This document shows positions 27,888-41,600 of a stretch of DNA of 64,000 nt, in pieces. Below the pieces are notes generated by a model, which saw nothing but the letters and a program-made list of their open reading frames with translations, did no database searches and was not told the DNA's origin. Within the stretch, counting starts at the first letter, position 1. Every line of letters begins with the position of its first letter. Location of the stretch: assembly GCF_009834535.1 (NCBI RefSeq), contig NC_045697.1, forward strand, positions 107,572,001 through 107,636,000, read 5' to 3'. This DNA comes from Camelus ferus (lineage: Eukaryota). A program made the position numbers and the translations under genes.

Positions 27888-28114
27888 GGTCTTGGCTGCC
27901 AACAATCTGGACTTACTTGACTTACTGTCCTCTATTGTACTGCTTTCTCTGGCTCTCCTGGGACCCTCCTATGCCTTTGGGCACATTTCCCTAGGAGAGT
28001 AAGCAGTATAGCTGAAACTCCTGGCCAAACAGGGCTAGAAAGGGAAGGCATTGAGAATACACCTCAGGTGCAGAAAACTCATAAGGAGGGTCACTGGGAA
28101 CTCTGGATGACTTC

Positions 28115-28203
28115 AATAAAATAATCAGAAATAATTTCTTTTTGAGGTTCTTGATTCTGGAAGTATGTTTTACTGCTTGGAATGTGAACAGCTGAGGAAT
28201 AAA
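28115..28203 (+). terminator. Candidate PRSS48 polyadenylation signals
   Basis: AATAAA at 28115-28120 and 28198-28203. Confidence 0.5.
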
Positions 28204-30579
28204 GATGCCACTTCTGTGCATGGCATTCTTTGTCCCTGACTATGCATCTTGCAAGGCAGGAAGGATGCATTCTATGAATAAGCATTTATGGACACAAATT
28301 AAACGGCGACAGAAGCAGGCAAGAAAACAAGTATCTGTGAAGGCAAAAGGAAAGGTCCTCAAGAAAGTATATTAAGGGCTCACTTCATGTCCATGGGTTG
28401 CATTACGAGTTTCTTGCCAGGTCTGTGTTTTTGTACTTCCTCCACTATCTTATGCTTCTCCTCTGTGGCAAGGTGTCAAATAAGAAATCCATGTATGTAG
28501 TTCAGCTCTGTGTATTTCTGAAATTTTTACTTTTTGAAATATCAATGTGATACCACTAAAAATGGATTAATGCAATAATCTCAAGAGGTGAGGTCTTGGG
28601 TTTCAATAATCTGGACCTACCCAGGTTGTTTAATGTCATTTCTATTATAAAGTACTTTAAATGTTTATAAGGAAAAGATTATATCCCTTGCTTAACTAGC
28701 ATGCTTCTTTTTGTTAAATAATCACATGACCTATTCTATTTCCTCTTCTGCCTAGGCTTCCAGGTGTTCAGAGTTAAGCTTCATACTCGATTTCAGTCAT
28801 TATCTTTATCCTATACTATCTGGTATAATTCTACTCATACCCTTTTTATTTCAATCATCCTTTCTCATTTGAACGAATTTAGTTTTGTTGCATCTGTGTC
28901 CTTTATGGTAAGTCAACCTTCAAAAACAATTTTTTTGGATAAATACACTTAATAGGAAGTGAGGGTAGGTCTGGAAATTTAAAATCTTTGCTAACCCCCT
29001 AACCTCACCTCTCATCTAGACTCCCACTACAGCCTCCTAACTGCCATTCTGTTTCGTCACTTACACTTATGCTCAACTTCATTTATTCTCCACACAATTC
29101 AGACTAGTGTTTTAAAAATAAAGATTTAAAAAATACTTTTCTACCCTTTCCCCTGTGTACAGCAGTCCAGAATGAGGACCGAAGTCTCCAACAGGACCTA
29201 TGAAGCCATGCTGGATCTGACCCCAGTCTGCCTCTTTAGCCTCATTCGGCCTCACCCCACTTGCTCTCTGTGCTCTCACTCCCTCAGATACTCCAAGCCT
29301 CTTCTAAGCACTGGAATTTTTTATATGCTATTTCCTCTTCCTTACTGCCTTTGCCTACTTAGTTCTTACTGTGCCTTCAGATCTCAACTCACTCTTCACT
29401 TTCTCAAGGAAGCTGTCCCTAGCTCTCCTGATGAGAACAAATCCTCCCAATACATATTCTCATAATACTATGGAGCCCTCCTTGATAGGACTCCACATAG
29501 CTGTCATTTAACATTCATTTGTGTAATTGTCTAATTAATGTATGTCTGTCTTACTAAAATGTAATGAGGTCCACGAGAGTAAGAATTTTAGTTTTTGCCA
29601 CCAACTATATTCCAGTCCTAATAAATATTTGTGGAATGAATGAATGAAAAACACAGAATCTCTTTGTTTCCCCAACTAAGAACCTGGGTGTTTTGTTCAG
29701 ATAGCCCAGAGCCCAGCACAGTATCTTACAGAAAGGAGGTTTTCAAATACTAGTTACATAAAAGGATGAAGGGAGGAAAGAATGTTTCAGTGCCATTCTC
29801 CTTACCTCTTTCCAGCTATACGGCACAAAGGAACAAACAGTACACAAAGCAGGTAAACTGAAATGTTTCTCAGAGACAACAATTCAAGCTAAGCAAGCTC
29901 TGGAATGACACAGAGGGCAAAGCAAAATGGCAGCTGAGAGAAAAGAACAAGAGAGAGAGGAGGGGCAAGAAAGAAAAATGCAGAAGAAAGGACAGACTAA
30001 AATCAAGAACTGGAGAATAAATAGGAAGAGAAAACACACAAATGTATGAGCCACGATAACAGCAAGAGGACATAAAGGTCAAAAGAGTCAAAACACTGCT
30101 TCCTGTCATTTCTCCAGACCCTTAGGAAGCAACGGTTCTGCAGCATGGAAATCCGACAAAATTTTTCTCATGAACGAGTTGAAATTTAAAACTTTTGTAG
30201 AGACAAGCCCATTCAAATGGAAAGAAAGTGGTATCTAAAGAAGACCACATGACCTCACTGTCCAGATCACTCCTGGTTGGACTTAACTAGGGATGAGCAC
30301 CTGACTTAAGAGCTGCCTAGCAGGTCGTGGGGCAGTTGGCCTAGCATCTTACTCAACAGATGCACTAAATACTGGACAACCCAACAGACCCTTCTCCTGG
30401 GAAATCTGAACATGGGCCCTAATGGTATGTCAGTATGCAATCAACAGTATTAAGTGCCCACTGTGTTCTAGGCACTGTTCTAGGTACTGAAGATACGGCA
30501 GCACATGCAACACACAGAGCCTATGTTCTAGGAGTTTACATTCCAGTGGAGGAGAGAGACAGTAACCAGATGCAAAATA

Positions 30580-30753
30580 CAGCCCTCCCTCAGTATCCAT
30601 GTGGGTTTGTCCTAGGACCTCCATGGATACCAAAATCCAAAATGTTCAAGTTCCTTATATAAAATGGCCCCAGTAAATCGACTCTCCGTATCTGTGAGTT
30701 CCAATTCAACCAATCCCAGAGGTGCAAAAACCCTGGTTACGGAGGGCCAACTG
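30580..30753. mobile_element. MER2/Tigger-like Tc1-mariner MITE inserted in an L2
   Basis: TA|CAGCCCTCCCTC ... GAGGGCCAACTG|TA terminal inverted repeats with TA flanks. Confidence 0.8.
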
Positions 30754-31780
30754 TAAATGTTTATTATACTGTTAAGTACAAGAATGTCTGGTAAAGAAAA
30801 ATAAAACAAAAGCAGCAGATAAGGTATCAGGGTGGGGGAATTCCACTTTAGATAGGGTGGTCAGGGAAGTATCTCTAAGGAGGTGACATTTAGAGAGGCC
30901 TGCACGAAAGAGCGAAGCAAGACAAATACCTGGGAGAGAACATTCCAGGTAGACAGAACAGCCAGTACAAAGGTTCTGAGGTGGGAGGGCACTAGGTGTG
31001 TGTGAGTTAGAACAGAGGTCACTACTGGAGTACTGTGAGCAGGGGGAATGGGGTGAGAACTGAGAGGGGAGCAGCACCCTGGTAGGCCTCAGTAAGGACT
31101 ACAAATTGTATTCTCAGTGGGATGAGAAGGCACTGAGGTCTGAAGGCAGGGTCAAGAAATAGAAGAATAGAAAATCCCACACCACGGCTCATGTGGGTAT
31201 GCAGAGGCCATGAGGGAACTAGGGTGGTAGAGAGGGTAGCTAGGATAGCAGCAGAAATAGGCAAGAAGCAGAAATAATGAGACTCAATACAAATGAGCTA
31301 ACAAGCAAAACACTAGAGGGCTTTGGTACCCAAACATCAGTGAGGAAGGTTTGATTCCATGAGGCTGTGTGCTGTTTCTGGTCTTCTCTGTCCCCTACCC
31401 GCACTACCCTTATAATAAGGCCCCATTAACCAAGGTGAAGAAAGGCACAAGCCCAAGTTTTTTACCATTTACTTTATAAATCATCTAGGACACCTACCTT
31501 ACTTATTTGCTTTTTCCCTTCTTACCCACAGCAATATTCTTCTCATTCCGTCATCCCATTTCTACCTCAAGGTCTTAATCTGTCCTCTGTACTTGGAAAA
31601 TCCTTCTCTTATACACCTCAACCCACTTATTTGTCTGTTGATTAGAAAAGGAGGCAGTGAATATCTGAGAAACACACTGAAAGGACCCAAGGAAATGGTT
31701 TTAAAAACTAACAGGGAATGGGTGAAGTATATGGTATGCGAATTATATCTCAATAAAGCCGTTTAAAAAAAAAAGAACAG

Positions 31781-33570
31781 AGATATATGCCCAGGAGAGG
31801 GATTGCTGGATCATATGGTAAGTCTATTTTTAGTCTTGAGGAATGTCCAAACTGTTTTCCACAATGGCTGCCCCAAACTACATTTCCACCAATAGTGTAG
31901 GAGGGTTCCCTTTTCTCCACACCCTCTCCAGCATTTATCATTCATGGACTTTTGAATGATGGCCATTCTAACTGTTGTGAGGTAATACCTCATTGTAGTT
32001 TTGATTTGCACTTCTCTGATAATTAGCAATACTGAGCATTTTTTCATCTGCCTATTGGCCACTTGTATGTCTTCACTGGAGAATTGCTTGTTTAGGTCAT
32101 CTGCCCATTTTTGGATTGGGTTGTTTGTTTTTTTGTTATTAACTTGTATGAGCTGTTTATATATTCTGGAAATTAAACCCTTGTCAGTCTCATCTTTTGC
32201 AAACACTTTCTCCCATTTCATAGATTGTTGTTTCGTTTTGCTTATGGTTTCCTTTGCTGTGCAAAAGTTTGTAAGTTTAATTAGGTCTCATTAGATTATT
32301 TTTGCTTTTATTTCTATTGCCTGGGTAGACTGTCCTAGGAGAACGTTGCTGAGATTTATGTCAGATAATGTTTTGCTTATGTTTTCTTCTAAGAAGTTTA
32401 TAGTGTCTTGTCTTATGTTTAAGTTTATTTTGAGTTTTGAGTGTATTTTTGTGTTTATTTTGAATTTATTTTTGTGTATGGTGTGAGGGAGTATTCTAAC
32501 TTCATTGATTTACATGCAGCTGTCCAGTTTTCCCAACAGAATTTGCTGAAGAGACTTCTTTATTCCATGTTCTTTCCTCCTTTGTCAAAGATTAATTGAC
32601 CACAAGTTTGCAGGTTTATTTCTGGGCTCTCTATTCTGTTCCATTTATCCATATGTCTCTTTTTGTACCAATACCATGCTGTTTTGATTACTGTAGCTCC
32701 GTAGTACTGTCTGAATCTGGGAGGGTTATTTCTCCAGCTTCATTCTTTTTCTTCAGTGTTGCTTTGGCAATTCTGGGTCTTTTGTGATTCCATATAAATT
32801 TTAGGATTATTTGTTCTAGTTCTGTGAAAAATGTCCTGGGTAATTTGATAGGGATCACATTAAATCTGTAGATTACTTTGGGTAGTATGGCCATTTTAAT
32901 AATATTAATTCTTCCAATCCAAGAACATGGGATGTCTTTCCACTTCTTGAACCTTAATTCAAAAAAATACACACACCTCAATGTTCACAGCAGCACTATT
33001 TACAATACCTGAGACATGGAAACAACCTCAATGTCCATCTACAGACAACTGGATAAAGAAGTTGTGGTATATTTATACAATGGAATACTACTCAGCCATA
33101 AAGAAATAATAAAATAATGCCATTTGCAGCAACATGGATGGACCTGGAGATTGTCATTCTAAGTGAAGTAAGACAGAAAGAGAAAGAAAAATACCTCATG
33201 ATATCACTTACATGTGGAACCTGAAAAAACAAAACAAAAAAAGACAAATGAACCTATTTACAAAACAGAAACTGACAGACATAGAAAACAACCTTATGGT
33301 TCTGCGAGGAAAGGGGTGGGAAGGGATAAATTGGAAGTTCGAGATTTGCAGATACTAATATATATATATAATAGATAAACAGTAAGTTCATACTGTATAG
33401 CACAGGGAACTATATTCAATTTCCTGTAGTAATTTATGGTGAAAAAGAATATGAAAATGAATGTATGGCTGAAGCATTACGCTGTACACTAGAAATTGAC
33501 ACAACATTGTCAACTGACTATACTTTAATAAAAATATATAGAGAATAAAAAAACAAGAACAACAACAAAG
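31781..33570. mobile_element. 5'-inverted L1: ORF2 segment on - (31781-~32949) joined to the 3' end on + (~32950-33570)
   Basis: Minus-strand ORF2 peptides [34 protein letters not shown]. The + segment resumes at the next ORF2 position. Confidence 0.88.
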
Positions 33571-35434
33571 AAGTTTTTCTCCCACTTAAACAAAAAACAA
33601 CTAGTCTGCAGTATATTTAGGGCTTTCTAAAGATCCTCTAAATAATTCTTGTGACAATATTTCAAAAAAGGCTCAAACCAACTATATACATTTTCTATTT
33701 CAACTGCTAAAACACAAAATACAAAACTTAACCCAATATATGAATATAGCACCTGGAGGACACATTACTAGAAGACAAAAAAAATCAATAAACATTTGTA
33801 TTCACAAAACTAAAATGTCACACTTACTGGTAAGGAATTTTGTCCATGACACCACCACTGACCAAATGAGAAGAAATTAACAGGAACATCTTTATATTCT
33901 ATTTTGGAGCGGGGCTCAACAGCAGTTCTGCCTTAAAAACCTATTTTAATTTGCAGAATTGTTTATTCCTTGGAATATCTGGTTTTAATATGCTCCAATT
34001 TTCATTTTCTTGTTTTGAGTAATTTTAATTAAGGTGGGATTTCCTAGGGTCACGTTTAACAAATAAAGCTATATGCTAAGGTTGTTGAAAATCCAATCAG
34101 AAAATTTTTTCCCTGAAAGTGAGGAAATACAGTTATTTCCAGATCTTCTATTTATATAATAGACTATTTAAAGTAATCACCCATTTTTTATTTCACTAAA
34201 TTGTAAAGTCACCCCCCAAATACAGCAATATTATAGAAAAAGGATTCAGAATAACAAAACGTAGATATTATATATTCTTGTATTATTTCAACAACAGGTA
34301 TTTTATCTTTTCAGATGCTTGGCTTCATTCTAAAGCTATAATATTCTCTATACCAAGCCTGATTATGCTCAGTTTATTTATATACTAGAAATCAGCTGCC
34401 TGAGAATTTTGTTAAACATGTTCCTTCTTCAGGAAGGAGGGAAAGGGAAGGAGTCATTCAAAATAAGAAGAGAGTAGATTAATTTTATCCCCTACAATCA
34501 GTAAATGAGAAGAAATATTCACTGTCATAAGAAGGAAAAAAAAGACTGAAATCTTTAATGGGAAATTCAATTGCTTTTCAGGATAATTACCTCTATTGAC
34601 TCAAATTCTCTCCCCAGCATCTTCTACCATGCAAGTCTTTACTTCCTATCTCCATGTGGTTGGAATGAAGTGACTGGGGTCTGGTCCCATGGCTCTTTTT
34701 ACCACTCTTATGACACCTAGCCCACACTGTCTTGTACCATAATTAACTATGAACACCCAGGCATAAAAAGAATAGGATAGGAAGAGGGCCTAAGGCTCCA
34801 AAATGCTAAAGGCATCCTGATTTTAGTGGAAATTAGTGAGAAGAGAACAGATTCTAGACACAGTAGGGTAGTAGAACTGAGATAACATTCAGATTGAATT
34901 CGGATGTGATTCAATGGATTGGATGTGGGTGGTGGGAATGAGGGGAAAGGGATGGCTGGGATAGGAGGATGGAAAAGATAAGGATTTTAAAAGAGAAATC
35001 AAGAATGATTTCTAGGTTTTTGGCCTGAGGACAGCCATACTATTAAACAAAATGGCAAAGGCTGAAGGAGGAACAGATTTACTGGGCTATCAAATCAAAA
35101 GAAAGGCAGAGTAACAGCCCCCAAGGATGTCCCTGTCTAACCCCAGAACCTGTGAGTATGTTACCTTACCTGGTAAAAGCAACTCTGCACATGTGATTAA
35201 GCTAAGTATTTTCGAGATGCAGAGGTTATCCTGGATTATCTGGGTAGGCTTAATATAATCACAAATCTTTTTTAAGAGGAATGCAGGAGAGCTGGAGTCA
35301 GAGATGTTTATGAGACTGTGCAGAAGACAGAAGAATGGAAGGAGAAGAGAGGAACAAAGAGACTATGCTGCTGGCATTGAGGATGGAGAAAGGGGCCACA
35401 AGCCAAGAAATGCAATATACCTCTGACTCCTTTT

Positions 35435-35494
35435 TATTTTTTTTAGTTTTTTTTGGTGAGGGGAGGAAGGTATAATCCCTTTTCTTTCTTTCTT

Positions 35495-35544
<50 letters not shown>

Positions 35545-35670
35545 TTCTTTCTCTCTTTCTTCTTTCTTTCTTCCTTTCTTCCTTACTTTCAATGGAGGTA
35601 CTGGGGATTTGAACCCAGAGCCTCATGCATGCTAAGCATGCACTCTACCACTGAGCTATACCCTTCCCTC
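35435..35670 (-). mobile_element. tRNA-derived SINE with an internal (GA)n/(GAAA)n expansion, inserted in a MaLR (MLT1-like) LTR
   Basis: Same SINE head on the - strand. TSD CCTCTGACTCCTTTT at 35420-35434 and 35672-35686. Confidence 0.88.
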
Positions 35671-38600
35671 TCCTCTGACTCCTTTTAAAATGTTTATACA
35701 AATGTAGTTTTTTTAAACCTGGTTTTTTTCCCGTTAATTAGCTTGCTTTTAAAAATTAGCTTATGATAACAGAAAGCTGTGGTTACAACAACTGCAAAGT
35801 TTCAGAGTTGAGACTTCTGATCCCTTTTATTAAAAATTCCATGTAAGTAAGCTAGATAAAAAGGAAGGATAGCAGTTGGTTGATCAAAGAAGGTTTGTGT
35901 CAATGAATTTTAAATAATGAAAACATTTTGGCCTGAAAAGTTAAAATCACCAGAGTGTCTTCAAAGGCAAGTGTTTGGATTTTAGGAGAAATCGCCTGTA
36001 CTCCTATGACTTCAATGAAGCTATTTTTATTTCTGAAACAGAGAGCTAACATGAAAGACCTAGAGGATATAATATTTTTAAAAATGCATTTGTTTTACAT
36101 TCTTTTTGTCCAGAAGCTGCTAAGTTGGTATCATAAAGAAAAATGTTAGCTTAACTTAAAGAGGTCCAATAAATGACTAGTTCCAAAAATGAGTACATTT
36201 TAAACTTCTAAAAACAGTTCGCAGAAAAAGTAAAACAAACCAAAGTGACCAGCCTTTCGTTGGAGCTCATCTGGCTTAGCCAAGCCCTTGGAAGAAGGAG
36301 CAATCCACTGAACATCAGGATGGGGGAGCAGAGCATCCTGCCATTGGACCATGCTCAATCCTGCACACAGCCAGCTTTGCACAGTACTTTTCAACAAGTG
36401 TTGTGTCTCTACAAGTGAAAGACATCTACCAAATACTACATGAGTTCATAAAATATGCTCTAGAAAAATCTTTCTAGAAGAAAGATTATGTTATTCCAGC
36501 CATGAATGTAAACTAAGTATATACAAGACAGACCTGGGGATACTCAGGAAAAAAAAAAAAAGGAAAAAAAGGTGCAAGGCCATGCTAAGAAATTTTGAGC
36601 TTTAAGGGGAGGATAAAATAAGACACTGAAAGGTTTTAATGCAGAGGAATAAAATGATCAGTTTGCATTTTAGATGAATCACTTTGGTGGTTATGTAGAG
36701 AATGGACTAGAGAGAAACAAGCCAGGAGGTAGAGAGGCTAATTAGTTACAAGGCTGTCATGAATGGTGAGAGATGCCTGGACCAGGATGGTAGCCATGAG
36801 GATAGAGAGAAGAGGACTGAGTCAAGGGCTAGGTATGGGATATATTCAATAGACTCTGGTAACTGACTGATTGGATATAAGTAGTCACGGTAAGGGAGAA
36901 CTTCAACCAGGTTTCTGGCTTGGGCAACCTGAGTTGCATCATTCTGTGAGATATGGAACCTTGGAGAAGATAACTTAGGGATGAGAATTTTAAGTTAAAC
37001 ACATCAAGAGTGTATAAAAAAGAAATCCAAACAGACATTACATTTTTACAATAGTATTTATTAAGGAAGCAAGTTGATAAAATTAGAATATATTCCAAAA
37101 GCTCAATGGGCCAACTTCTAGTTACTTATTAGTTGCACAGAGTTCATAAAAGATACAATACACAAAGAATTCTAAAACTAAGTTTTTGCCATTAGTTTCA
37201 GTCTGCTCACTCTAGCTAACCTCTGAGAAGGCTGTGGTGGATGATGCTGTTACCAGTGTTTCACAGCCCTCCCTGCAGAAGGATTATCCACCCACTCAAG
37301 GTACCAGGTGACTTGCAGGGCCTCCTACAGAAGGATTATACCCTCCTGCATCACTAACATCAAGTTGGCAAAAGAAATGTGAATAGAAGTAATATATGCC
37401 ACTTCTGAGCGTAAGTTTTAAAAGCTGGCACATGGTTTGTCCACTGCTCTTTTTCCCAGTTAGGGATTGCTCCTCCCGCCAGGATCCCAGAATGAAGAAG
37501 ACAAGTGAGGCTGAGCTGTAGCTCACCAGTTGAATATAACCGTTACATGATACTGAGCTTTACAGATTGTTGGAACCACAGCATCAACAACGGAATATGC
37601 CAGACTTGGGATGGATGTAGGTGTCTAACAAACAGCAATGTGTGATTTGTGTTTCCTCTCTTTCAGTTGAATTTTTCTGGCAATCTGACAGCAAAAAAGA
37701 AATAGTTGCCAAGTATCCAAAACTAAAACAAAGAATTTTTAACCTGAAAGAAAACTTGATAGAGCTAAACAGTAACTATTTCAGGCTCACATGGACTCTG
37801 TTGCAACTACTCAATTCTGCAGACATCATACAAAAGCAGCCATGGATAGTATGTAAATGAATGAGCTTGGCTGTGTTCCAACAAAACTTTATTTACAAAA
37901 ACAGGCAGCAAGCCAGATTGGGTCCACAGGGTTACAGTTTCCAGACCCCTGGCCTTCATATTGTCAATGAGGAAGCTGACACCCAGAGAGATTAAATCAA
38001 GGACAGACAGCTGGTTAGTGGCAAGTTTAGCATTAAAATGCAGGTCTTGTGAATGTAATGTTCTAGAATAGGTTCTGCTGGGTCACAAGATGGAGATGAA
38101 ATACACAGGAAAAAATAAGGCAGAGAATGCTAAGGGTAGGTTTTGATTAGTTAAACAGCTTTCAATGTCATAAGACGGAATAGGTGAATGAATGATAAAT
38201 TAGCCAGTGTTTCAAAAATGATCTTCAGAGGAAACACAATTTTACTACTATCACTTCCTCCAAAACGTTATCATTTCTTTTATCAACAGGACAGCATTTG
38301 CTCTGATCACAGTAGTAACCTATCTTAAGGCAAAACAAGTTTTTTTAAAAAAATCACAAAATAAACAAAAAATACACTAGACCAGCAGGCAATTATTTCA
38401 TATGGTATTTTAAATTTATTTTCCTTTCTTTTAATTTCCAAAGTAATATTCATTGGAGGAAACTCAATACAGAAGTATATAAAGTGACACACTCCATGCC
38501 CTCCTCAATTCCACTCCCCAGTGTTAATACGTGACTAATTTATAACAGAACATTGCAATAAAGCTACTTTCTCTGAGTCATTCTTTTAAAAACAAAGAGG

Positions 38601-39699
38601 AATATGGGTTCCCCTGGCCAGATACCCTTTGGAAATCATGTTTTAAAAGGCAACAGACAGTTTAGGGGTTGTCTGTGGCCTAGAATTGAGAAAAGCAAGC
38701 TGCCTATGCAGGATTTAAATGGAAGGTCTTGATCCCAGCACTGTAACCAGATGAGTGAGGCTCCTCAAATACCTTGATAATGCTACTGTAGGATACATGA
38801 ATACTTCAAAAATGCCTAAGAATATCCATACCTTCTCTTTTGGTATTTTACTGGGAAAACTTGGGCCTATTTGCTTATAAAAAGATCAACAATCTCAACC
38901 AGTCTTTCCTTTTTTTAAATCTGTACTTGGGTGACATCAGTGACAGTGGGGCAGAATAAAGAACTCCAAAAGTCTGTCCTCCATAAAAGCAATTAAAAAC
39001 TGGCAGAATCAACTTTTTTGGAACTCTGAAAATTAACCAAAAGTTTGCAACAACCACTTGATGCATTTAAGTACCGTAAAACACTTAAGAAAAACTAGCT
39101 GGATTTTGGTTAGAGTAGTGAGCTTTGTGGCATTTTAACTTACCCTGGTCCCATCCTCCTTTCTCTAGCTCAGTGGTAGCCCTGAAAATAACAGCCTGCT
39201 TTCCTGGTACCAGTACCAGTACCAGAGGGTGCAGAACAGACCTCATTCTTCACCAAAGATGACCTAATGTTTATGCCAGTTATAAAAGTCTGGTTTTTGA
39301 AGTGAAGAAAAAAAAAGTGAATGAAGAGCCGTAAGTAGTAAAACATCCTTCTTTCTTATGGATGAGCTGTATTCCATTACACATATATGCTGCACCTTCT
39401 TTATCCATTCATCTACTGATGTGCACTTAAGATGCTTCCATATCTTGGCACTTATAAATAATGTTGCTGTTAATAGCAGGGTGTATGTATCTTTTTGAAT
39501 TAATTCTTATTTTGTGGCTGGTTTTATTTCTTTGATAACTATGTAAGTTTAAAAAGCTAAAGCTCTAAACGTTCTTAGAAACAATGAACAGTATATAAAT
39601 ATGTAAATTTAAAAAATAGGTGCAGCATATTGTGTATATGTATTTACATGCAATATATTGTGTATGTGCAGTCAAATTGTAACAATTCCTACCTAATAA

Positions 39700-40530
39700 A
39701 ACTGAAAAATGAAATAAGCAAATAAAAAGATGACCTAATGGATGGTAATTAACCACATGAAAAGATGTTCAACATTGTTATCCACTAAGGAAATGCACAT
39801 CAAAGCCATAATGAAATATCACTACACATCTATCAGAAAGGCTAAAACAAAAACAAACAAGAAAAACCTGACAGTACCAAGTACTGGTGAGTATGTGGAC
39901 CAACTGGAACTCTTACCCATTGCTGATGATAATGCAAAATGGTATAAGCACCACTCTGGAAAACAGTGTGGCAGTTTCTTATAAAGTTAAATATACACAT
40001 ATGGTCCAGCAAACAAATATCCTGGTGCTTAAACCAGAGAAATAAAAAACTTATGTTTATGCAAAAAACCTGTATACAAATATTTATAGCACCTTATTCA
40101 TAAATACTAAAAACTGAAAACAACCTAAACATCCTTCATTCGGGGTAAATGGATAAAAAACTGTGATGCATTCACGCAATGGAGTACTATTCAGCAGTAA
40201 CACGGAACAAACTATTGATACACAGAACAACATGAATGAATCTGCACAGCAGTGTGCTGGGTGAAATAATTCCATTTGTATCATATTCTGGAAAAGGCAA
40301 AACTAGAGACAGAACAACAGTTCAGTGGTTGCCAGGGGTTAAGGGTGTAGAGAAGGTCTGACTGCAAGGGGTAGCACAGGAATTTCAAGAGGATGAAACT
40401 GTTCTATATTCTGACTATGGAGGTGGTCACATGAATCTACACCTGTATTTAAGCTCACGGACCTCTGTACCCAAAAGAAGACAACTTTGTTGTATGTAAA
40501 TTTAAAAATCAAAGGAGAAAAAAAAAAAAA
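39700..40530 (+). mobile_element. Old L1 3' portion
   Basis: HMKRCSTLL...MKYHYTSIR ORF2-like peptide, 3' UTR and A-tail. Confidence 0.75.
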
Positions 40531-40949
40531 GACCTCAGGGGTTCAAGTCCCAGCTCTAGTTCTCTCTGCCCCATTTTTCTTATCTTAAAAACGGAAACCA
40601 ACTTTATGATTATTAGATTCCACGAGTTCCTGACATAGGTTAAGCACTAACTCGTGACTGAAAAATAAAATGTTTTATTCAGACGTGCTAAACGGTTGGT
40701 ACTTTGTAAAAACCTACTGCAGGAGTTAAGAAATCTAGTTTTCAGCGAACACAGCAAAGGATTACAGGACACTGGAATTAAAACCCCCAATTCTTCATTA
40801 CTTTCATTAAACATTCACTGGAAACCTAGGAGGTGATGAGATTTACAAAATCCTTGCGCTCAAGTTTTGTCGCAACTGCTACATAACTTTACTGGCCCCG
40901 ATATTTAATACTAATAGCAAACGCGCTCTAATTAAGGTTTAATACCACA

Positions 40950-41600
40950 TGTTTGGTATCACTGTCCCTTTCCCGGGGAGGGTGTCAACAGGCCAGCTCC
41001 TCGTCCCCAGGCAGGGCACGTCAGCAGCGCTGGGCCTGGCGCTCGCGTCACCAGCCGGGTCATCCCTCCTCAGAAAGAGCTCTGGCAATGTCCACCCTCC
41101 ACCCATTCCACATAGACAGGGGGGGTTGGCGCTTTTTAAGCAGCAGCTGCTGCTCTAACTAACGGCGGCTCTCATCTTCCCACTCTCTCTCTTTACCTGA
41201 AAAGCAGCCTCCTTTGCATGGCCAGACGTCCAAACCCAAACTCGAACCTTCACGTCCGATTCAACAGAGACCCAAGATGGCGGAGCCGTCGGGCCAGGAG
41301 TGGCCGAGCGACGCTGAGAAGGAGCAACTGCGGCTGCGCGTGGAGCCTGGGGGCCGCCTCCGGGGGTGGGGGTGGGGGGGGCCGCCTCCGGGGGTGGGGG
41401 TGGGGCCGCCTCCGGGGTGGTGGGGGGGACCCCTGGGCTGTCAAGGGTTCCAGGCCCTGCGGGGCTGCTTCACTGCCACGGCGGCCAAGAACACGCTAAA
41501 GTGAGGCCGTTAGGAAGGACTCCCGGCGCTGGACTTGACATCCATTTGCTGCCCCCCTAGCCCAGAGCCTGCCGCCAGCTGTACGGAGAGCACCAAGGGG
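40950..41600. promoter_or_regulatory. Second CpG-rich promoter-like region
   Basis: CpG retention, YY1 motif AAGATGGCGG at 41274-41283, CRE-like CACGTCA, and a minus-strand donor CAG|gtaaag at 41197/41196. Confidence 0.6.
41350..41428 (+). repeat. Three-copy G-rich minisatellite (GGGGCCGCCTCCGGGGGTGGGGGT)
   Basis: Directly visible tandem units. Confidence 0.9.
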
